DNA from: a virus
Lineage: Duplodnaviria > Caudoviricetes
DNA: 64,000 bases
Reading direction: 5' to 3' (one strand)
IMG/VR virus record: IMGVR_UViG_3300021403_000004
Location: 42,871 to 106,870 of that record
Shown here piece after piece: positions 29,057 through 39,388 of the stretch. The translations under genes were made by a program, and so were the position numbers. Position 1 is the stretch's first letter, and each line of letters begins with the position of its first letter. A model generated the notes under the pieces. It saw only the letters and a list, made by a program, of their open reading frames with translations, was not told the origin of the DNA and ran no database searches.

Positions 29057-29677
29057 ATGACTGATGACAAGCTTCCTGGGTACCCGTCCGTCCTGGGCAT
29101 CCTGGAACGGCTGGATGCAGCCGGGGCCACCGGGATGCTGTCCAAGGACCTGGCGCTGTCCTTCCGGCTGAGGCCGCGCGGCCTGCACGCCACCCAGGTT
29201 GAGGTGAACACCTGCCTGGACAAGCTGTGCCAGGCAGGCCGCGTGCTGCGAGGAGGACTGGAGCCATCACCCTACTATCACGGGTCGCCGGCCTTCCGCT
29301 GGTACATCACGCCAGCGGGCACCGCGCACCTGAAGGCAGGCGGCCTCAAGGGCAAGGCCGCGGCACGGCGGGCCGTGCAGGCCCGCAGCCAGGACGCCCG
29401 CGACCAGGCCGCCCGGCAGCGCGCGGACGCCGAGGCGCGCGCCCGCGTGCGCGTGCAGTCCCTGGCGCCGGGCTGCACGCGCGAGCGCAACGAGGTGATC
29501 CGCGAGCTGCGCGCCACGGGCCTCACGCTGGCGTTCATCGGCGCCTTGCTCGGGATCACCCGCGAGCGCACCCGGCAGGTCCTCGCGAGCATCCGGGTGC
29601 GCCAGCCGTGCCGGTGCCCCCGGTGCCGGGCGTTACTTGGCCCGGTCGTATACCCGGTGGTGCTGCCTGCACAGTAG
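29057..29677 (+). CDS. DNA-binding protein with sigma-70 region 4-like HTH
   Basis: GLTLAFIGALLGITRERTRQV; winged-helix-like N-terminus; TACCAT -10. Confidence 0.7.
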   Translation: MTDDKLPGYPSVLGILERLDAAGATGMLSKDLALSFRLRPRGLHATQVEVNTCLDKLCQAGRVLRGGLEPSPYYHGSPAFRWYITPAGTAHLKAGGLKGKAAARRAVQARSQDARDQAARQRADAEARARVRVQSLAPGCTRERNEVIRELRATGLTLAFIGALLGITRERTRQVLASIRVRQPCRCPRCRALLGPVVYPVVLPAQ

Positions 29678-29684
29678 CACTAGA

Positions 29685-29834
29685 TCAGCGCGAACGGTCA
29701 TCCTTGTAGTCGTGGCCCGAGCTGCCGTTGACGACGGTGGCCTTCTCCTTCCCGTTCACTTCAGGAAGGCCGCCCGTCTGACCGCCCTTGGCCAGCTCCT
29801 GGCCGTTGGGGTACACGCGGGCAAGGTCGCTCAC
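29685..29834 (-). CDS. Small hypothetical protein
   Basis: 49-aa ORF MSDLARVYPNGQELAKGG..., GTG overlaps upstream TGA. Confidence 0.5.
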   Translation of the reverse strand: MSDLARVYPNGQELAKGGQTGGLPEVNGKEKATVVNGSSGHDYKDDRSR

Positions 29835-30088
29835 GTCTGCACCCAGCCGCCGTCAGAGGATGCCCCGTTTCCCGGCCAGCTGCCCGCGATGGCCTCGCCT
29901 GACGGGCCGCACGCGCCCGCTTCCTGGATCTTGCGCCACGGGCCGCCTGCCGCGTCACCGCCCACGGCATCGTAGATCGTGCCGCTGGTCACCTGGTCCT
30001 CCGCGGCACCCGGCGCGCTGGCGTCATAAGGCTGCCACGGCAGTGCGGGCGGGGAGGTGATCGGGCTTGGTGCGTCTGCCATCGTCAT
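29831..30088 (-). CDS. Small Gly/Pro-rich protein
   Basis: AGGAG RBS; ends GGWVQT like its neighbour. Confidence 0.6.
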   Translation of the reverse strand: MTMADAPSPITSPPALPWQPYDASAPGAAEDQVTSGTIYDAVGGDAAGGPWRKIQEAGACGPSGEAIAGSWPGNGASSDGGWVQT

Positions 30089-30096
30089 GCTCCTGT

Positions 30097-30321
30097 TCAG
30101 GTCTGCAGCCAGCGGCCTGGGCCGTCCGGGAACGCCGCGGTGACGTTCCCGCTGCGGTCCGCCGTCCCGCTGCCATCGTCAACGGCCTTCCAGCCGCTCA
30201 TCGTCGCGTCACTGGTGGCGTCCCAGTCCTGCTGCGGCGGCCCGCCTACCGTCGGCGAGGCCGTCACGACGTGCGGCGGGTCCGGGACGGTCACGTTCCC
30301 TATTGCCTTGTTGACGGCCAT
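30097..30321 (-). CDS. Small Gly/Pro-rich protein
   Basis: Ends GRWLQT; similar layout to 29831-30088. Confidence 0.6.
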   Translation of the reverse strand: MAVNKAIGNVTVPDPPHVVTASPTVGGPPQQDWDATSDATMSGWKAVDDGSGTADRSGNVTAAFPDGPGRWLQT

Positions 30322-30632
30322 CAGGCAGCCGGCTTCCGCACGACGCCAGGCGTGGCCGTCCGGCTCCAGGCCGCGGTGCCCGGCCCGGTCCAGCGCTGGG
30401 AGCTGGCCTGCGGCTTGCCGTCGGTGCCCGGCGGGATCGCGCCCTTGTTCGTCGCCGTGATGGCCGGGTCGTTGCCGAAGTAGTCCCCTGCCGGGTGCAT
30501 GACATCCACCGGCTGCGAGCCCGGGGCCGTCATCGCCTCCTCGTTGGAGGCCCGCATGTTGCCGCCTTCCTGGGAAGTGGGCGTCAGCGCGCTGACCGGG
30601 TCACCGGGCAGGAGGCTGCTCAGGTCCTGCAT
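30321..30632 (-). CDS. Small Gly/Pro/Thr-rich protein
   Basis: MQDLSSLLPGDP...; translationally coupled. Confidence 0.55.
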   Translation of the reverse strand: MQDLSSLLPGDPVSALTPTSQEGGNMRASNEEAMTAPGSQPVDVMHPAGDYFGNDPAITATNKGAIPPGTDGKPQASSQRWTGPGTAAWSRTATPGVVRKPAA

Positions 30633-30636
30633 GGCT

Positions 30637-31164
30637 TCAGCCCCTGACCGCCCGGCCGCCGCGCAGGACGTGGCCGCCACCCGGCTGGTACCGGCCGCTG
30701 CCCGCCTGCGGCTCGTTGCCCTTGATCCCGGGAAGTTGCGGGCCGCCCGTGGCGTAGCCGCCATCATTGGCCTGCGTCGACTCCCGCGGGCCGGTGATGT
30801 CATCGGTCCGGGTGACCTGGTCGTACGGGCCGATGCCGTCATTGGGGTAGGTGTAGGTGATGGCCGTGCCGCCGCCATCGGTGTCCACCACGCCCTGCGT
30901 GCCCGGGGCGCCCGTGCTCACGATCTCCTCGTGCGTGATGCCGGTCAGGCCGTCAATGGTCTGGCCCTTCTCGTTGGTCGGGTCCAGTGCCTCCGCGCTG
31001 GTCGCCGAGCCAGGAGCGCCCGTGCCCGTCGGCAGCGGGCCGCCGAAGATGGCGGTGCCCCAGTCCCCGACCGGGTACTGGCCGGGCTCATTCGTCGGGT
31101 CGGCGGTCTCAGCCGTCCCCGAGTACGGCCGGTTGCTCGTCGTGGTCTTGCCAGGGCCTGCCAT
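30637..31164 (-). CDS. Gly/Thr-rich protein, possible capsid-associated
   Basis: Internal repeat DPTNE.GQ...TGAPG; RBS present. Confidence 0.65.
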   Translation of the reverse strand: MAGPGKTTTSNRPYSGTAETADPTNEPGQYPVGDWGTAIFGGPLPTGTGAPGSATSAEALDPTNEKGQTIDGLTGITHEEIVSTGAPGTQGVVDTDGGGTAITYTYPNDGIGPYDQVTRTDDITGPRESTQANDGGYATGGPQLPGIKGNEPQAGSGRYQPGGGHVLRGGRAVRG

Positions 31165-31196
31165 GTCCGGCTCCCTTCCTCGTCTTCATCCTACGC

Positions 31197-31583
31197 TTAC
31201 AGCCTGGGGCCGAACCGCGATTGCAAGTCCGCCTTGGTCATCTTCGCCGCCGTGTCCGGGTCCATGCCCTGGCTCACCGCGTAGTCGACCCACGACTGCT
31301 TAGGATCTGCCGGAGCTGGCGGGGCCGGCGGCAGCGGCGCGAAGTTCTCCACGGGGCCGTCCGGCGCAGCCTCCTCATCCTCTTCTGGCAGCACGGCAAT
31401 CTGGGCGGGTGACGCCAGCGGTGGCGGGGGTGCCACATAGGGCGGCTCCACTTCCATGGCCATGCCACCGCGGATCAGGTGCTCGCCTTCCCAGTCCTCT
31501 ACCTGGAACGGCGTCCACCCGGGCGGGTACCGGTCACCGTTAGCGCGGGTCCCCGACATGTGCATGGTGGTCTGGATCCACAT
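31197..31583 (-). CDS. Capsid-adjacent small protein with C-terminal SAP/Rho-N-like helix pair
   Basis: [10 protein letters not shown]...A.KMTKADL motif common downstream of actinophage capsid genes. Confidence 0.7.
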   Translation of the reverse strand: MWIQTTMHMSGTRANGDRYPPGWTPFQVEDWEGEHLIRGGMAMEVEPPYVAPPPPLASPAQIAVLPEEDEEAAPDGPVENFAPLPPAPPAPADPKQSWVDYAVSQGMDPDTAAKMTKADLQSRFGPRL

Positions 31584-32530
31584 AACGTCAGCTCTTCCTT
31601 ACGCCGGTCAAGCAGCGCCGCGTACATCTCATCCGGGTAGTACTCGGCAATGAATGCGATCAGGTCTTCTAGCCGCTGCCCCCGCGGCTGGTTCTTGCGG
31701 ACCCACAGTTCCAGGTTCTCCGGGCGGTTGTCACTGCGGATGCCGTTCTTGTGATGCGCGTCCTCAAACGTCCGCAGCAGGCGGCCGATCATCTGCTCCA
31801 TCACCAGCCGGTGCTCCAGGACGGGGCGGCCATTCCGGCGCTCAGCCGACATCCGGTAGCCATCAGTCGTGGTGTAGCCCTGGCTTTTACGTGGCTGCGC
31901 GCCCCACTTGCCGACTGGGTCGCCCGTATGCAGCCAGCGCTGGTAGTGCATCCCGCACCAGCCGCGCCTCGTAGCTTGCCTCTCGCAGCTCTCGACAGCG
32001 CACGTTACCCCTTGCCATTTCGTTACGCGCTCTGACTGAGGAATCAAGGCAGCGCCACCTGCGTCACCGGTCCTGCGCAACCGTGCGTAGTGCGTCTCAC
32101 AGTAGCCAAGAGACCTGACTGGGTTTTCACACCCTTCAACCGAGCAGGCCACTCCCGGGCTGTAATTCCGCGTTGCCTCTGCGCTGCCGTGCCTTTGAAA
32201 CCTCATGTAGTGAAGTCGGCAGTAACCCTTGGCACTGTGCGGTTCATCACAGTCCTCTACCGAGCACACTGCCCCGGGATTCCAGGCGCGAGTTGCTTCT
32301 GGTGTTCCATGCCGCTCTACCCGATTCAGGTGGAGCTTGCAGTAACCGTGCGCATGCGGCTTGCTCGTGCAATCAACTGCCTGGCACTCCAGCGGCTGCC
32401 TGGCGTAGTCCCGCAACGGCGTGAGCGGCTTGCCGTTCATGAGCTGCTTGTAGTGCCGCGTGCAGTACCCGCGGCAGTATCGCAGCCTCGTGCAGCCCTC
32501 GAACGTGCATGGTTCAGTACTCTTAAGCAC
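31499..32530 (-). CDS. HNH homing endonuclease with five N-terminal zinc-finger-like repeats
   Basis: 5x C(S/A)VEGC...GYC..HY.R; EHRLVME..IGR.L...[17 protein letters not shown]. Confidence 0.9.
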   Translation of the reverse strand: MLKSTEPCTFEGCTRLRYCRGYCTRHYKQLMNGKPLTPLRDYARQPLECQAVDCTSKPHAHGYCKLHLNRVERHGTPEATRAWNPGAVCSVEDCDEPHSAKGYCRLHYMRFQRHGSAEATRNYSPGVACSVEGCENPVRSLGYCETHYARLRRTGDAGGAALIPQSERVTKWQGVTCAVESCERQATRRGWCGMHYQRWLHTGDPVGKWGAQPRKSQGYTTTDGYRMSAERRNGRPVLEHRLVMEQMIGRLLRTFEDAHHKNGIRSDNRPENLELWVRKNQPRGQRLEDLIAFIAEYYPDEMYAALLDRRKEELTLCGSRPPCTCRGPALTVTGTRPGGRRSR

Positions 32531-32560
32531 TGCTGGCCCCTCCCACACAGGGTGCTGGCT

Positions 32561-32592
32561 GAGAGCGGACGGCACGCACGCCGTCCGCTCTC
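32561..32592. terminator. 13-bp perfect hairpin downstream of the capsid gene
   Basis: GAGAGCGGACGGC / GCCGTCCGCTCTC. Confidence 0.6.
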
Positions 32593-32774
32593 CCCATGCT
32601 AGGGCCGGTACATGAACTGGCGCAAGCCTTCGCTCAAGAATGGCGCGTTCTGTTACGAGATCTGGTGCGAAAACGTGAAGACTCGCACATGCGCGCCCAC
32701 GCTCTCGTACCAGTTCCCGAATCACTACAGTTCTCCTTCTGTTGCGTACCGAACGAGTTCTCGAAAAAACTCGA

Positions 32775-34025
32775 TTATGCGCTGGCGCCTTTGTAAACGC
32801 GAATCGCGCCCGTGCGGTCCACCATCGTCCCGTCCCCACGGAGGATAGCCCTGAAGGTTACCAAATCCGTGGAGAAGGCGAAGTCATCGGACCTTTCGAA
32901 CCTGACCCCGCCGACGAGCCGGACGAAGTACTGCGAGAAGTCCCCGAACGCGATCGACAGGGCGTTGGTGGCCAGGGCCGGCATGAACGGGTCGGCGACC
33001 AGCGGCTTGCCGAGCAGCAGGTCCGGGCTGCCGAGCACGGCTGACGGCTCCCAGATCGGGCGCCCCACCGTGTCGGTGATCTTGCGGAACCCGCCGATGG
33101 TCTTGTCCGCGGCCAGCCAGTAGCAGGACCGGCTCTGGCGGTACGGGGCGATGACCGAGTACTCCAGGTCGACCAGGTTGGCGTAGCTGGGCGCGCCGCC
33201 CACGCCGGTCGTGGCGCCGGTAACGCCCACGGAGTTGTTGACGATGCCGTAAGGCTGCCCGGCGCCTGACCCGTTGACCAGGTCGGTGCCGAACGCGTTG
33301 CCCAGCGCGCGGCCGGCCTGCATGGCCAGGTAGCCGAGCAGGTCGACGGCCGTGTCATCGATGAGCTCGCGGGCCACCTGGAGCAGGACGCCGTACTTGT
33401 ACGCCGACAGCGTCTGCATGCTGAAGGCCGGGTCTGAGGACGCGATCGTGCCTGCCTGCGCCGCCGAGGCCGCCGTGGAGTGACCGGTCGTCTTCGGGAC
33501 CTGCAGCGTCTCGCCACCGCCGGTGTTCAGCACCGTGGGACCGCACTGCATGACGCCGGAGACCTCAATGAGGTGCGCGATCAGCATGTCATAAAAATCA
33601 GTCGGCACGATTGAGGACGCGTTCGTGCCGCCGACGCCAGCGGTGGTCAGGATGCGGTAGTTCACCGGGCCGCGAGCCGCCGTGTCGTGCTTGAGCTCCA
33701 TCGCCCGCGGGGTGCCGGGCTCGCCGCGCGCCCACTTGCGCAGCTCGGCATCCATCGCGCCCTGCGCCGGAGCCTTGCGGTCCTGCGGCTTGTCGGCCAG
33801 GTCGTTGAAGGCCTTGTCCGCGTCCGAGGCGCGCTTCTCCTGGTCCAGTACCGCCTTGATCCGGGTGTCCAAGACGGACATTTCTTCCTGCATCGCCTCC
33901 CACCGGCCCTGCTCCTCCGGCGTGAAGCTGCGGTTCTCCTCAGCCGCATCTTCGGCGATCTTCTTTGCTTCGTTCCAGACGTTGAGCCTGCGATCCCTAA
34001 GACGCTTGGCCACTTCGCTTGCCAT
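32775..34025 (-). CDS. HK97-family major capsid protein
   Basis: Coiled-coil delta domain, IVPT, L.AYK...ELI.D, GSG.GQP.G, IAFGDFS.Y..R motifs. Confidence 0.95.
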   Translation of the reverse strand: MASEVAKRLRDRRLNVWNEAKKIAEDAAEENRSFTPEEQGRWEAMQEEMSVLDTRIKAVLDQEKRASDADKAFNDLADKPQDRKAPAQGAMDAELRKWARGEPGTPRAMELKHDTAARGPVNYRILTTAGVGGTNASSIVPTDFYDMLIAHLIEVSGVMQCGPTVLNTGGGETLQVPKTTGHSTAASAAQAGTIASSDPAFSMQTLSAYKYGVLLQVARELIDDTAVDLLGYLAMQAGRALGNAFGTDLVNGSGAGQPYGIVNNSVGVTGATTGVGGAPSYANLVDLEYSVIAPYRQSRSCYWLAADKTIGGFRKITDTVGRPIWEPSAVLGSPDLLLGKPLVADPFMPALATNALSIAFGDFSQYFVRLVGGVRFERSDDFAFSTDLVTFRAILRGDGTMVDRTGAIRVYKGASA

Positions 34026-34149
34026 TTTTAGCTACTCCTTTCGAGAGAAGCTCGTGACTTTCGCGCCAAGATATGACGCGACGGTCACCGGCTCCGTCCA
34101 CACCCAGGAAGGGCAGCTACGGCCACGGATCTGTGGTACATTCACTCGC

Positions 34150-35142
34150 ATGTCCCGTATCGACCTCACAGGACAGCGCTTCGGACAGCTCATAGCCGTC
34201 GAAGTCATGGAAGGCCAGCGCATCAACGGCGGCCTTGCCTGGCTGTGCCGCTGCGACTGCGGCACTGAAAAGGTCTTCGCCTCCGGCGAGCTACGCCGGG
34301 GTCGCGCCTGGTCCTGCGGCTGCGGCATGCCCCGGTCCGTCGACATCGCCGGCCAGCGCTTCGGCCGGCTGACCGCCCTCTCAGCAGTAGACGGCCAGCG
34401 CATCCACGGATCACTCGCCTGGCTCTGCCGTTGTGACTGCGGCACCGAGAAGGTCCTGTCCTCGGACACACTGCGCGCTGGCCGTACCCAGTCCTGCGGC
34501 TGCAACGGCATAGCGCACCCCATCAACCTGGCCGACCAACGCTTCGGGTCCCTGCTCGTCCTCGGTGCCGCTGAAGGCCAGCGCATCCACGGATCGCTTG
34601 CCTGGCTATGCCGCTGCGACTGCGGCACTGAGAAGGTCCTCGCCTCCAACGCACTACGCACCGGCCACACCCAGTCCTGCGGCTGCGGCATGCACGCCGG
34701 AACGCACGGCCAGTCGTCGCGGCAAGGCAAGCCCACGCCCGAGTACATGGCCTGGGAGGCCATGAAGCAGCGGTGCCTTAATCCCCGCCATAAGGCGTTC
34801 CCCCGATACGGCGGCCGAGGCATTACCGTGTGCCCGGAGTGGATTGACTCGTTCGAGGCCTTCTTCGCGCACGTCGGCCCACGCCCCGGCCCGGAATATA
34901 GCCTGGACCGCTACCCGGATAATAACGGGAACTACGAGCCGGGCAACGTACGCTGGACGACCTGGGAGGAGCAGAACCGGAACCAGCGCCCGCGCACGCC
35001 AGGACTGAAGCGACCCGGACGGCGCAAGGGGCCGCCACGGTACGCCGAATGCCACCCAGATCGCCCGCACGAAGCCAAGGGCCTGTGTCATGCGTGCTAC
35101 CAGGCGGCCTGGTACCAGGCTCATCGTTCTCCTCCTCCCTGA
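34150..35142 (+). CDS. HNH-type homing endonuclease with a triplicated N-terminal domain
   Basis: 3x GQRFG.L...WLCRCDCGTEKV...SCGC; YGGRGITVC.EW..SFEAF...NGNYEPGNVRW. Confidence 0.9.
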   Translation: MSRIDLTGQRFGQLIAVEVMEGQRINGGLAWLCRCDCGTEKVFASGELRRGRAWSCGCGMPRSVDIAGQRFGRLTALSAVDGQRIHGSLAWLCRCDCGTEKVLSSDTLRAGRTQSCGCNGIAHPINLADQRFGSLLVLGAAEGQRIHGSLAWLCRCDCGTEKVLASNALRTGHTQSCGCGMHAGTHGQSSRQGKPTPEYMAWEAMKQRCLNPRHKAFPRYGGRGITVCPEWIDSFEAFFAHVGPRPGPEYSLDRYPDNNGNYEPGNVRWTTWEEQNRNQRPRTPGLKRPGRRKGPPRYAECHPDRPHEAKGLCHACYQAAWYQAHRSPPP

Positions 35143-35195
35143 ACTTGTCTTTCCGGCTAACCGGGAAGTTTTCGGTTATACTGGGTGAGACCGTG

Positions 35196-36221
35196 CTACT
35201 CCATATCGGAATAGGGGTCTTCCATGTTCATCTGCAGGGCGAGCATGGCCTGCTGGCCGCTCAGGACGGGCTTGCGCGGCGGAGTAGGCTCTGAGCGCTT
35301 GGCCGGGCCGGCGTTATCGGTGCGGCGGAAGAACTCCATGCCCCGGCCGTCAGCCAGCCGTGAGCGCACTTCCTCCGGCTCGGCCTGCACCCAGTTGGAC
35401 AGTGACTCCACCGCGCCGTTCAGCGCGCGGGCCGCCGCCGTCGAGTCCGGGTAAGCGGGATCGAGCACGGGCGCGACGTCCACCAGCTGCACCGACAGCA
35501 GCGTCCGCATGGGGTAGTTGAACTCGCTGACGCCCCACTCATCGCCGCCCGGGAAGACGCGGAACGCGAAGCTGGAGTGCCGGACGTCGCCGCGCTGGCA
35601 ATATTCGATAATGTCTGCCCGGGACTGCGGCGGGATCACGTCGTACAGCAGGCCCTGCTCGTCCACCTTGAGGTCCAGCGTGCGAGCGTACGTCGTGCCC
35701 AGCAGCAGGTCATCCTTGTGGTTGAACCGGCAGACGACATCGGGCCAGTGATCAGCCCGGGACTCGTTGAACGCCAGCGGCGAGACCTGCTCCACGAAGC
35801 CGCCCAGCTTGCGCGACAGCTTGCCGAAGCAGGCCGCGTACCCGTAAATGTGCTTGGGGTCCTCCGGGTGCGCCTGGCGCACCTCCAGCGGGAACCGGGT
35901 GAACCGGCGCTCCGGGAAGCCGTCCGGCGGCACCTCGCCAAAAGATGAGCGCTGCGCGCCGGACACCGTGATGCCGAACTTGCGGGCTGCGGCCAGGATC
36001 TTCGGCAGCGCCTGCTTGCCGAAGGGCGACTGCGGCGCGCGGACCAGGGCATTGCGCGTGTGCGGGGCATCGTGCACGGGAAAGTGCCGCTTGCTGCGCG
36101 GCACCGTGCGGCCCGAGGAATCCTTCTTGCCGCCGTCCTCGATGTAGGCGAACGCGCTGTCGGGCAGGTTGTTGATCGCTGCCGTGTTCATCGCGGCCCG
36201 CGGCTCGTCACTCATGTGCAT
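35196..36221 (-). CDS. HK97-family prohead protease with an N-terminal accessory domain
   Basis: GYAA.F, GF.E, FNH...LLG, D..GL, SFAF, V..PAYP; N-terminal LPDSAFA...RHFPVHD..H.RNAL.R. Confidence 0.92.
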   Translation of the reverse strand: MHMSDEPRAAMNTAAINNLPDSAFAYIEDGGKKDSSGRTVPRSKRHFPVHDAPHTRNALVRAPQSPFGKQALPKILAAARKFGITVSGAQRSSFGEVPPDGFPERRFTRFPLEVRQAHPEDPKHIYGYAACFGKLSRKLGGFVEQVSPLAFNESRADHWPDVVCRFNHKDDLLLGTTYARTLDLKVDEQGLLYDVIPPQSRADIIEYCQRGDVRHSSFAFRVFPGGDEWGVSEFNYPMRTLLSVQLVDVAPVLDPAYPDSTAAARALNGAVESLSNWVQAEPEEVRSRLADGRGMEFFRRTDNAGPAKRSEPTPPRKPVLSGQQAMLALQMNMEDPYSDME

Positions 36222-36242
36222 TCCTTGTCGTCCGGGGCTGCA

Positions 36243-38966
36243 TCAGTGCGCCCTCCCGTTCCCGTTGCCGTTACTGCCATTCGCCGTCGCGAGCCGGGCC
36301 AGGTCCGCCTCCGACGGGATCCAGGGGCCGAGGAACTCCGGCTCCCGTCCCGCGGCCCTCCTCGCCTGCTGGAGGAGCCGCGCCGTGACGTCCGGGCCAA
36401 GATACTCATCCAGGAGGGCCCGCAGGTAGTCGAGCGTGATCGCCGAGTCATGATTATTACTGTTCCTGACCGACCCTACCTGAGAAGCCAGGAAGTCTTC
36501 CGGCGTCGGCGTGCTCGGGCCGGCCTCCGGGGCGGACAGGCCCTGCTTCTGCAGTTCTTCCAGCTTCTGGGTGATGAGGTCGACCTCAAGGGTGATGCTC
36601 GGCAGCATCGACTTGGGAATGCCGCGGATCGACCGGGACATCGCCACCATGACGTCCAGCGGGATCTTCTCGTCACCCGTGGCGTTCGGGTACGGGGCCT
36701 TGTCTTCCTGGTCGCGGATCTCGTCAATGGTGAGCATGCCGATCGCGCGCTGCTGGGCGTAGATCTCCGTGCGCGTCTTCAGGTCGGTCTTCAGCAGCGC
36801 GTCAGCATTGAACCGGCAGAACCGGTTCTGCGGCAGCAGCCGGAAGAACGCCGTCTCCAGCCGGACGAGCCACGGCCGCAGCGCCTCAATCACTTGCAAT
36901 GTGGACTGTTCTACTGTATTCCCCGTGAAATAGCAGGTGCCGTTGCGCCGCGCGAACCAGGTCTTATTCGGCGTCTGCACGCACCACACCAGATCGGCAG
37001 TTTCCTGGCTGACGTACTCAGCATGACCCTTGGGCTTAACCAAGGGGGACTTCCGCAGGCACATGACCCACATCCCGCGATTATTCTGACGGATCGTCCC
37101 AGCGCGCCCCGTAAGGGCGCATGCCACCTGAAACGCCTCCAGCCGTGCCCGGTTGCGCTGAGCGATGACATCGCCGCGGCTACGCGCGCCTGCCTGCCGG
37201 CCACCTCCCGCTACCCGGCAGCCATCCGCGTCAATCGAGGTCTGGTAGAACAGCTCCAGCTGAGCACGGGTAAGCTGGCTCAGGAACTCCGTCGAGACAA
37301 CCTTGCCCGGCGCGTGCTCAGTCAGCACTGCCCCGGCAGCGGCGTTCAGCCGGAAACGACTAACCTGCCTGTCGTCGGTATCTTCCGTCCACCCGGGCCC
37401 ATCTGCCTTCCCAGCGCGAACATGCGCAACCGTGTGGCCATCAGCATCGCAAGCGCGGGCGATCTCCCGGTCACTGCGATCAGGATCACGTTCCAGTTCA
37501 GCGCGGATAACCGCCCGCTTCTCGCGGCCCTTGGATCCAAGCAGCGACCGGCCCGTGAACTTCACATCAGGGCCGAACAGCTCTGTCAAGGCCGCTCGGA
37601 TACGCGCAACGTTTACCGGGTTGACCGCCCCCGACTGGGTAAGCGTCACCTGTCCGTGCTCACCAGCCCAGCCCTCAGTCCACAGCCAGGCCACTAGCTC
37701 GACCAGGGTGTCCGACCACTTGGCCTCTTCGGGGGCGACCACCGGAGCCGCTGCCGCAACCCTGTGGTGAGAGCCCATCCGGGCAGTATCTGTCCACTCC
37801 CAGGCAGTCTTTTCGTAAGGAAGTGCAGGCCAGCGATGATTCGGTGTGCTGACCGACGAATGTGACTTGCTTTCCAGCCTGATGACCGGGTACGGGCCGT
37901 CGCTGAACACGTGAACAGACGTCACCGGCTGCCACTCCGCCAGGCCTGTACTAGTATTCAGCGTCAGGCATGTATCATTCGTGGTCACCTGGTCATACCG
38001 AAGCCAACCACGTGTAGTCAAAATATCACTATCAGTAGTCAGACAGTTGTACGTCAAGCTGTCCCCGCGACGCCCGCCGACACGGTCCGGGGGCAGCCCG
38101 AAAATCGCCGCGAGCTGGGTGGCGTTAGCCTGGACGGCTTCCAAGAACTGGGCTTCTGACGGCGGCACGGCCACCGGCTTGTAATCCCAGTCACGGCCGA
38201 TCACCAGCGGCTTGTGCCCGTGGATGGCCTCCATCAGCGACTCACGGATCTCGCGGGCGTCCTCCAGGGTGACTTCCAGCTCCTGGTTGCGGAAGACGCC
38301 GGACGGGAAGCCGCCCGCAGTGAACCAGTCGGTCCCGTACTTGCCTGTCTCGATGCCGGACAGCACGGTCATCGCGAAGGCGCGCAGTGGCGAGATTCCC
38401 TCGGTCCGTCCCGGCAGCGTGTACGCCTTCACGTGGAAGAGCTCATTGCGCCAGTCGCTGACCAGGCGGCCATACACGTACACGCGCGTGCGCAGCGGGT
38501 TCCAGGGCTGCTGGGCGTCATCTTCCACCTGGACCATGTCCGGCGGAACCCATTCAATGCCCGTCGGGTACCCGAAGCCGTCCCGGCCCGAAACCAGGCC
38601 CCAGGCATTGCCGTGCAGCAGCAGTGCCGTCATGCACTGGTAGAGCCAGTCATACAGCGTGACATCTGAATTAGCGCTCGGGTGGTCGAAGAGGGACGGC
38701 CCGTTGTACCGGGTGGTGACGTCAGACCCCTGCGGGCTGATGTAGATCTTGAGCGGAAGGCTGGCCAGTGATTCCGCGAGCAGCCGCGTGCAGGAATACA
38801 GGGCCGGCAGCCCGAGCGCCTCATCCTGGCCGTAGAAGGCCCGGGACGGGTGAACGGGGCCGCCCAGGTTGAAGCCCCAGTAGGGATTAGTCCACGGGCG
38901 CCATGGCACTCCGCCAATCACGCGCTTTTCAGCGCGGTCAGCCATGATGCGCTCAATGAGCCCCAC
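36243..38966 (-). CDS. HK97-family portal protein containing an intein
   Basis: LA..LASLPL, LLHGNA, GISPL, AQFLE, LRPWL.RLE, TIDEIR motifs. Confidence 0.93.
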   Translation of the reverse strand: MGLIERIMADRAEKRVIGGVPWRPWTNPYWGFNLGGPVHPSRAFYGQDEALGLPALYSCTRLLAESLASLPLKIYISPQGSDVTTRYNGPSLFDHPSANSDVTLYDWLYQCMTALLLHGNAWGLVSGRDGFGYPTGIEWVPPDMVQVEDDAQQPWNPLRTRVYVYGRLVSDWRNELFHVKAYTLPGRTEGISPLRAFAMTVLSGIETGKYGTDWFTAGGFPSGVFRNQELEVTLEDAREIRESLMEAIHGHKPLVIGRDWDYKPVAVPPSEAQFLEAVQANATQLAAIFGLPPDRVGGRRGDSLTYNCLTTDSDILTTRGWLRYDQVTTNDTCLTLNTSTGLAEWQPVTSVHVFSDGPYPVIRLESKSHSSVSTPNHRWPALPYEKTAWEWTDTARMGSHHRVAAAAPVVAPEEAKWSDTLVELVAWLWTEGWAGEHGQVTLTQSGAVNPVNVARIRAALTELFGPDVKFTGRSLLGSKGREKRAVIRAELERDPDRSDREIARACDADGHTVAHVRAGKADGPGWTEDTDDRQVSRFRLNAAAGAVLTEHAPGKVVSTEFLSQLTRAQLELFYQTSIDADGCRVAGGGRQAGARSRGDVIAQRNRARLEAFQVACALTGRAGTIRQNNRGMWVMCLRKSPLVKPKGHAEYVSQETADLVWCVQTPNKTWFARRNGTCYFTGNTVEQSTLQVIEALRPWLVRLETAFFRLLPQNRFCRFNADALLKTDLKTRTEIYAQQRAIGMLTIDEIRDQEDKAPYPNATGDEKIPLDVMVAMSRSIRGIPKSMLPSITLEVDLITQKLEELQKQGLSAPEAGPSTPTPEDFLASQVGSVRNSNNHDSAITLDYLRALLDEYLGPDVTARLLQQARRAAGREPEFLGPWIPSEADLARLATANGSNGNGNGRAH
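36918..38045 (-). mobile_element. Intein in portal (376 aa, LAGLIDADG-like)
   Basis: Starts CLTTDSDILTTRGW, TPNHRW block B, ends VWCVQT...YFTGN with +1 Thr; exteins join as SLTYN-TVEQ. Confidence 0.9.
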
Positions 38967-39132
38967 TGCGGGTTCCGGGTCCTTCCGGGTCAGGAACGAC
39001 CCGGCTCCCTGAAAATGGCCGCGGGCATGTTAAAGCACAGCGTACGCCACATGACGCCGTTTAGCACACGCTAGCCGGCGCGTTCGCGGCCCTGCCGTTA
39101 AATCAGACCCGGAAAGACACGGGAATGCCCGC

Positions 39133-39369
39133 TTACTGACGGCCCCCTGGCGTTACTGCCGCGGCATTGCCCGGGCCTGCCAGCCCCTGGCCCTCCCGCC
39201 AGCCGCGCCGGACGGACAGCGCGCAGATGACCACGCCCACCCAGGCACGCGCCAACAGCCACCCGGCAACGTAGAACGTCCCCAGCAGCAGCGTCAGCGC
39301 GACCCGCGAGAACTTCACCTCACGGGCACGCGCGGTGATCTCGTCAACGGGCAACTGGATAGTAGCCAC
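39133..39369 (-). CDS. Small membrane protein
   Basis: AGGAGG RBS; hydrophobic segment. Confidence 0.6.
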   Translation of the reverse strand: MATIQLPVDEITARAREVKFSRVALTLLLGTFYVAGWLLARAWVGVVICALSVRRGWREGQGLAGPGNAAAVTPGGRQ

Positions 39370-39388
39370 CTGCGCGCCCTCTTCCTTC

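Noticed and set aside
29630-29645. Bypass GCG-TTA-CTTG-GCC in the + strand regulator
   Set aside because: The ORF is already complete in frame, and the shifted frame runs antisense to real genes
32596-32848. + strand ORFs, one starting MNWRKPS like DUF397
   Set aside because: Remaining DUF397 motifs are absent, codon usage is atypical, and both overlap the capsid stop
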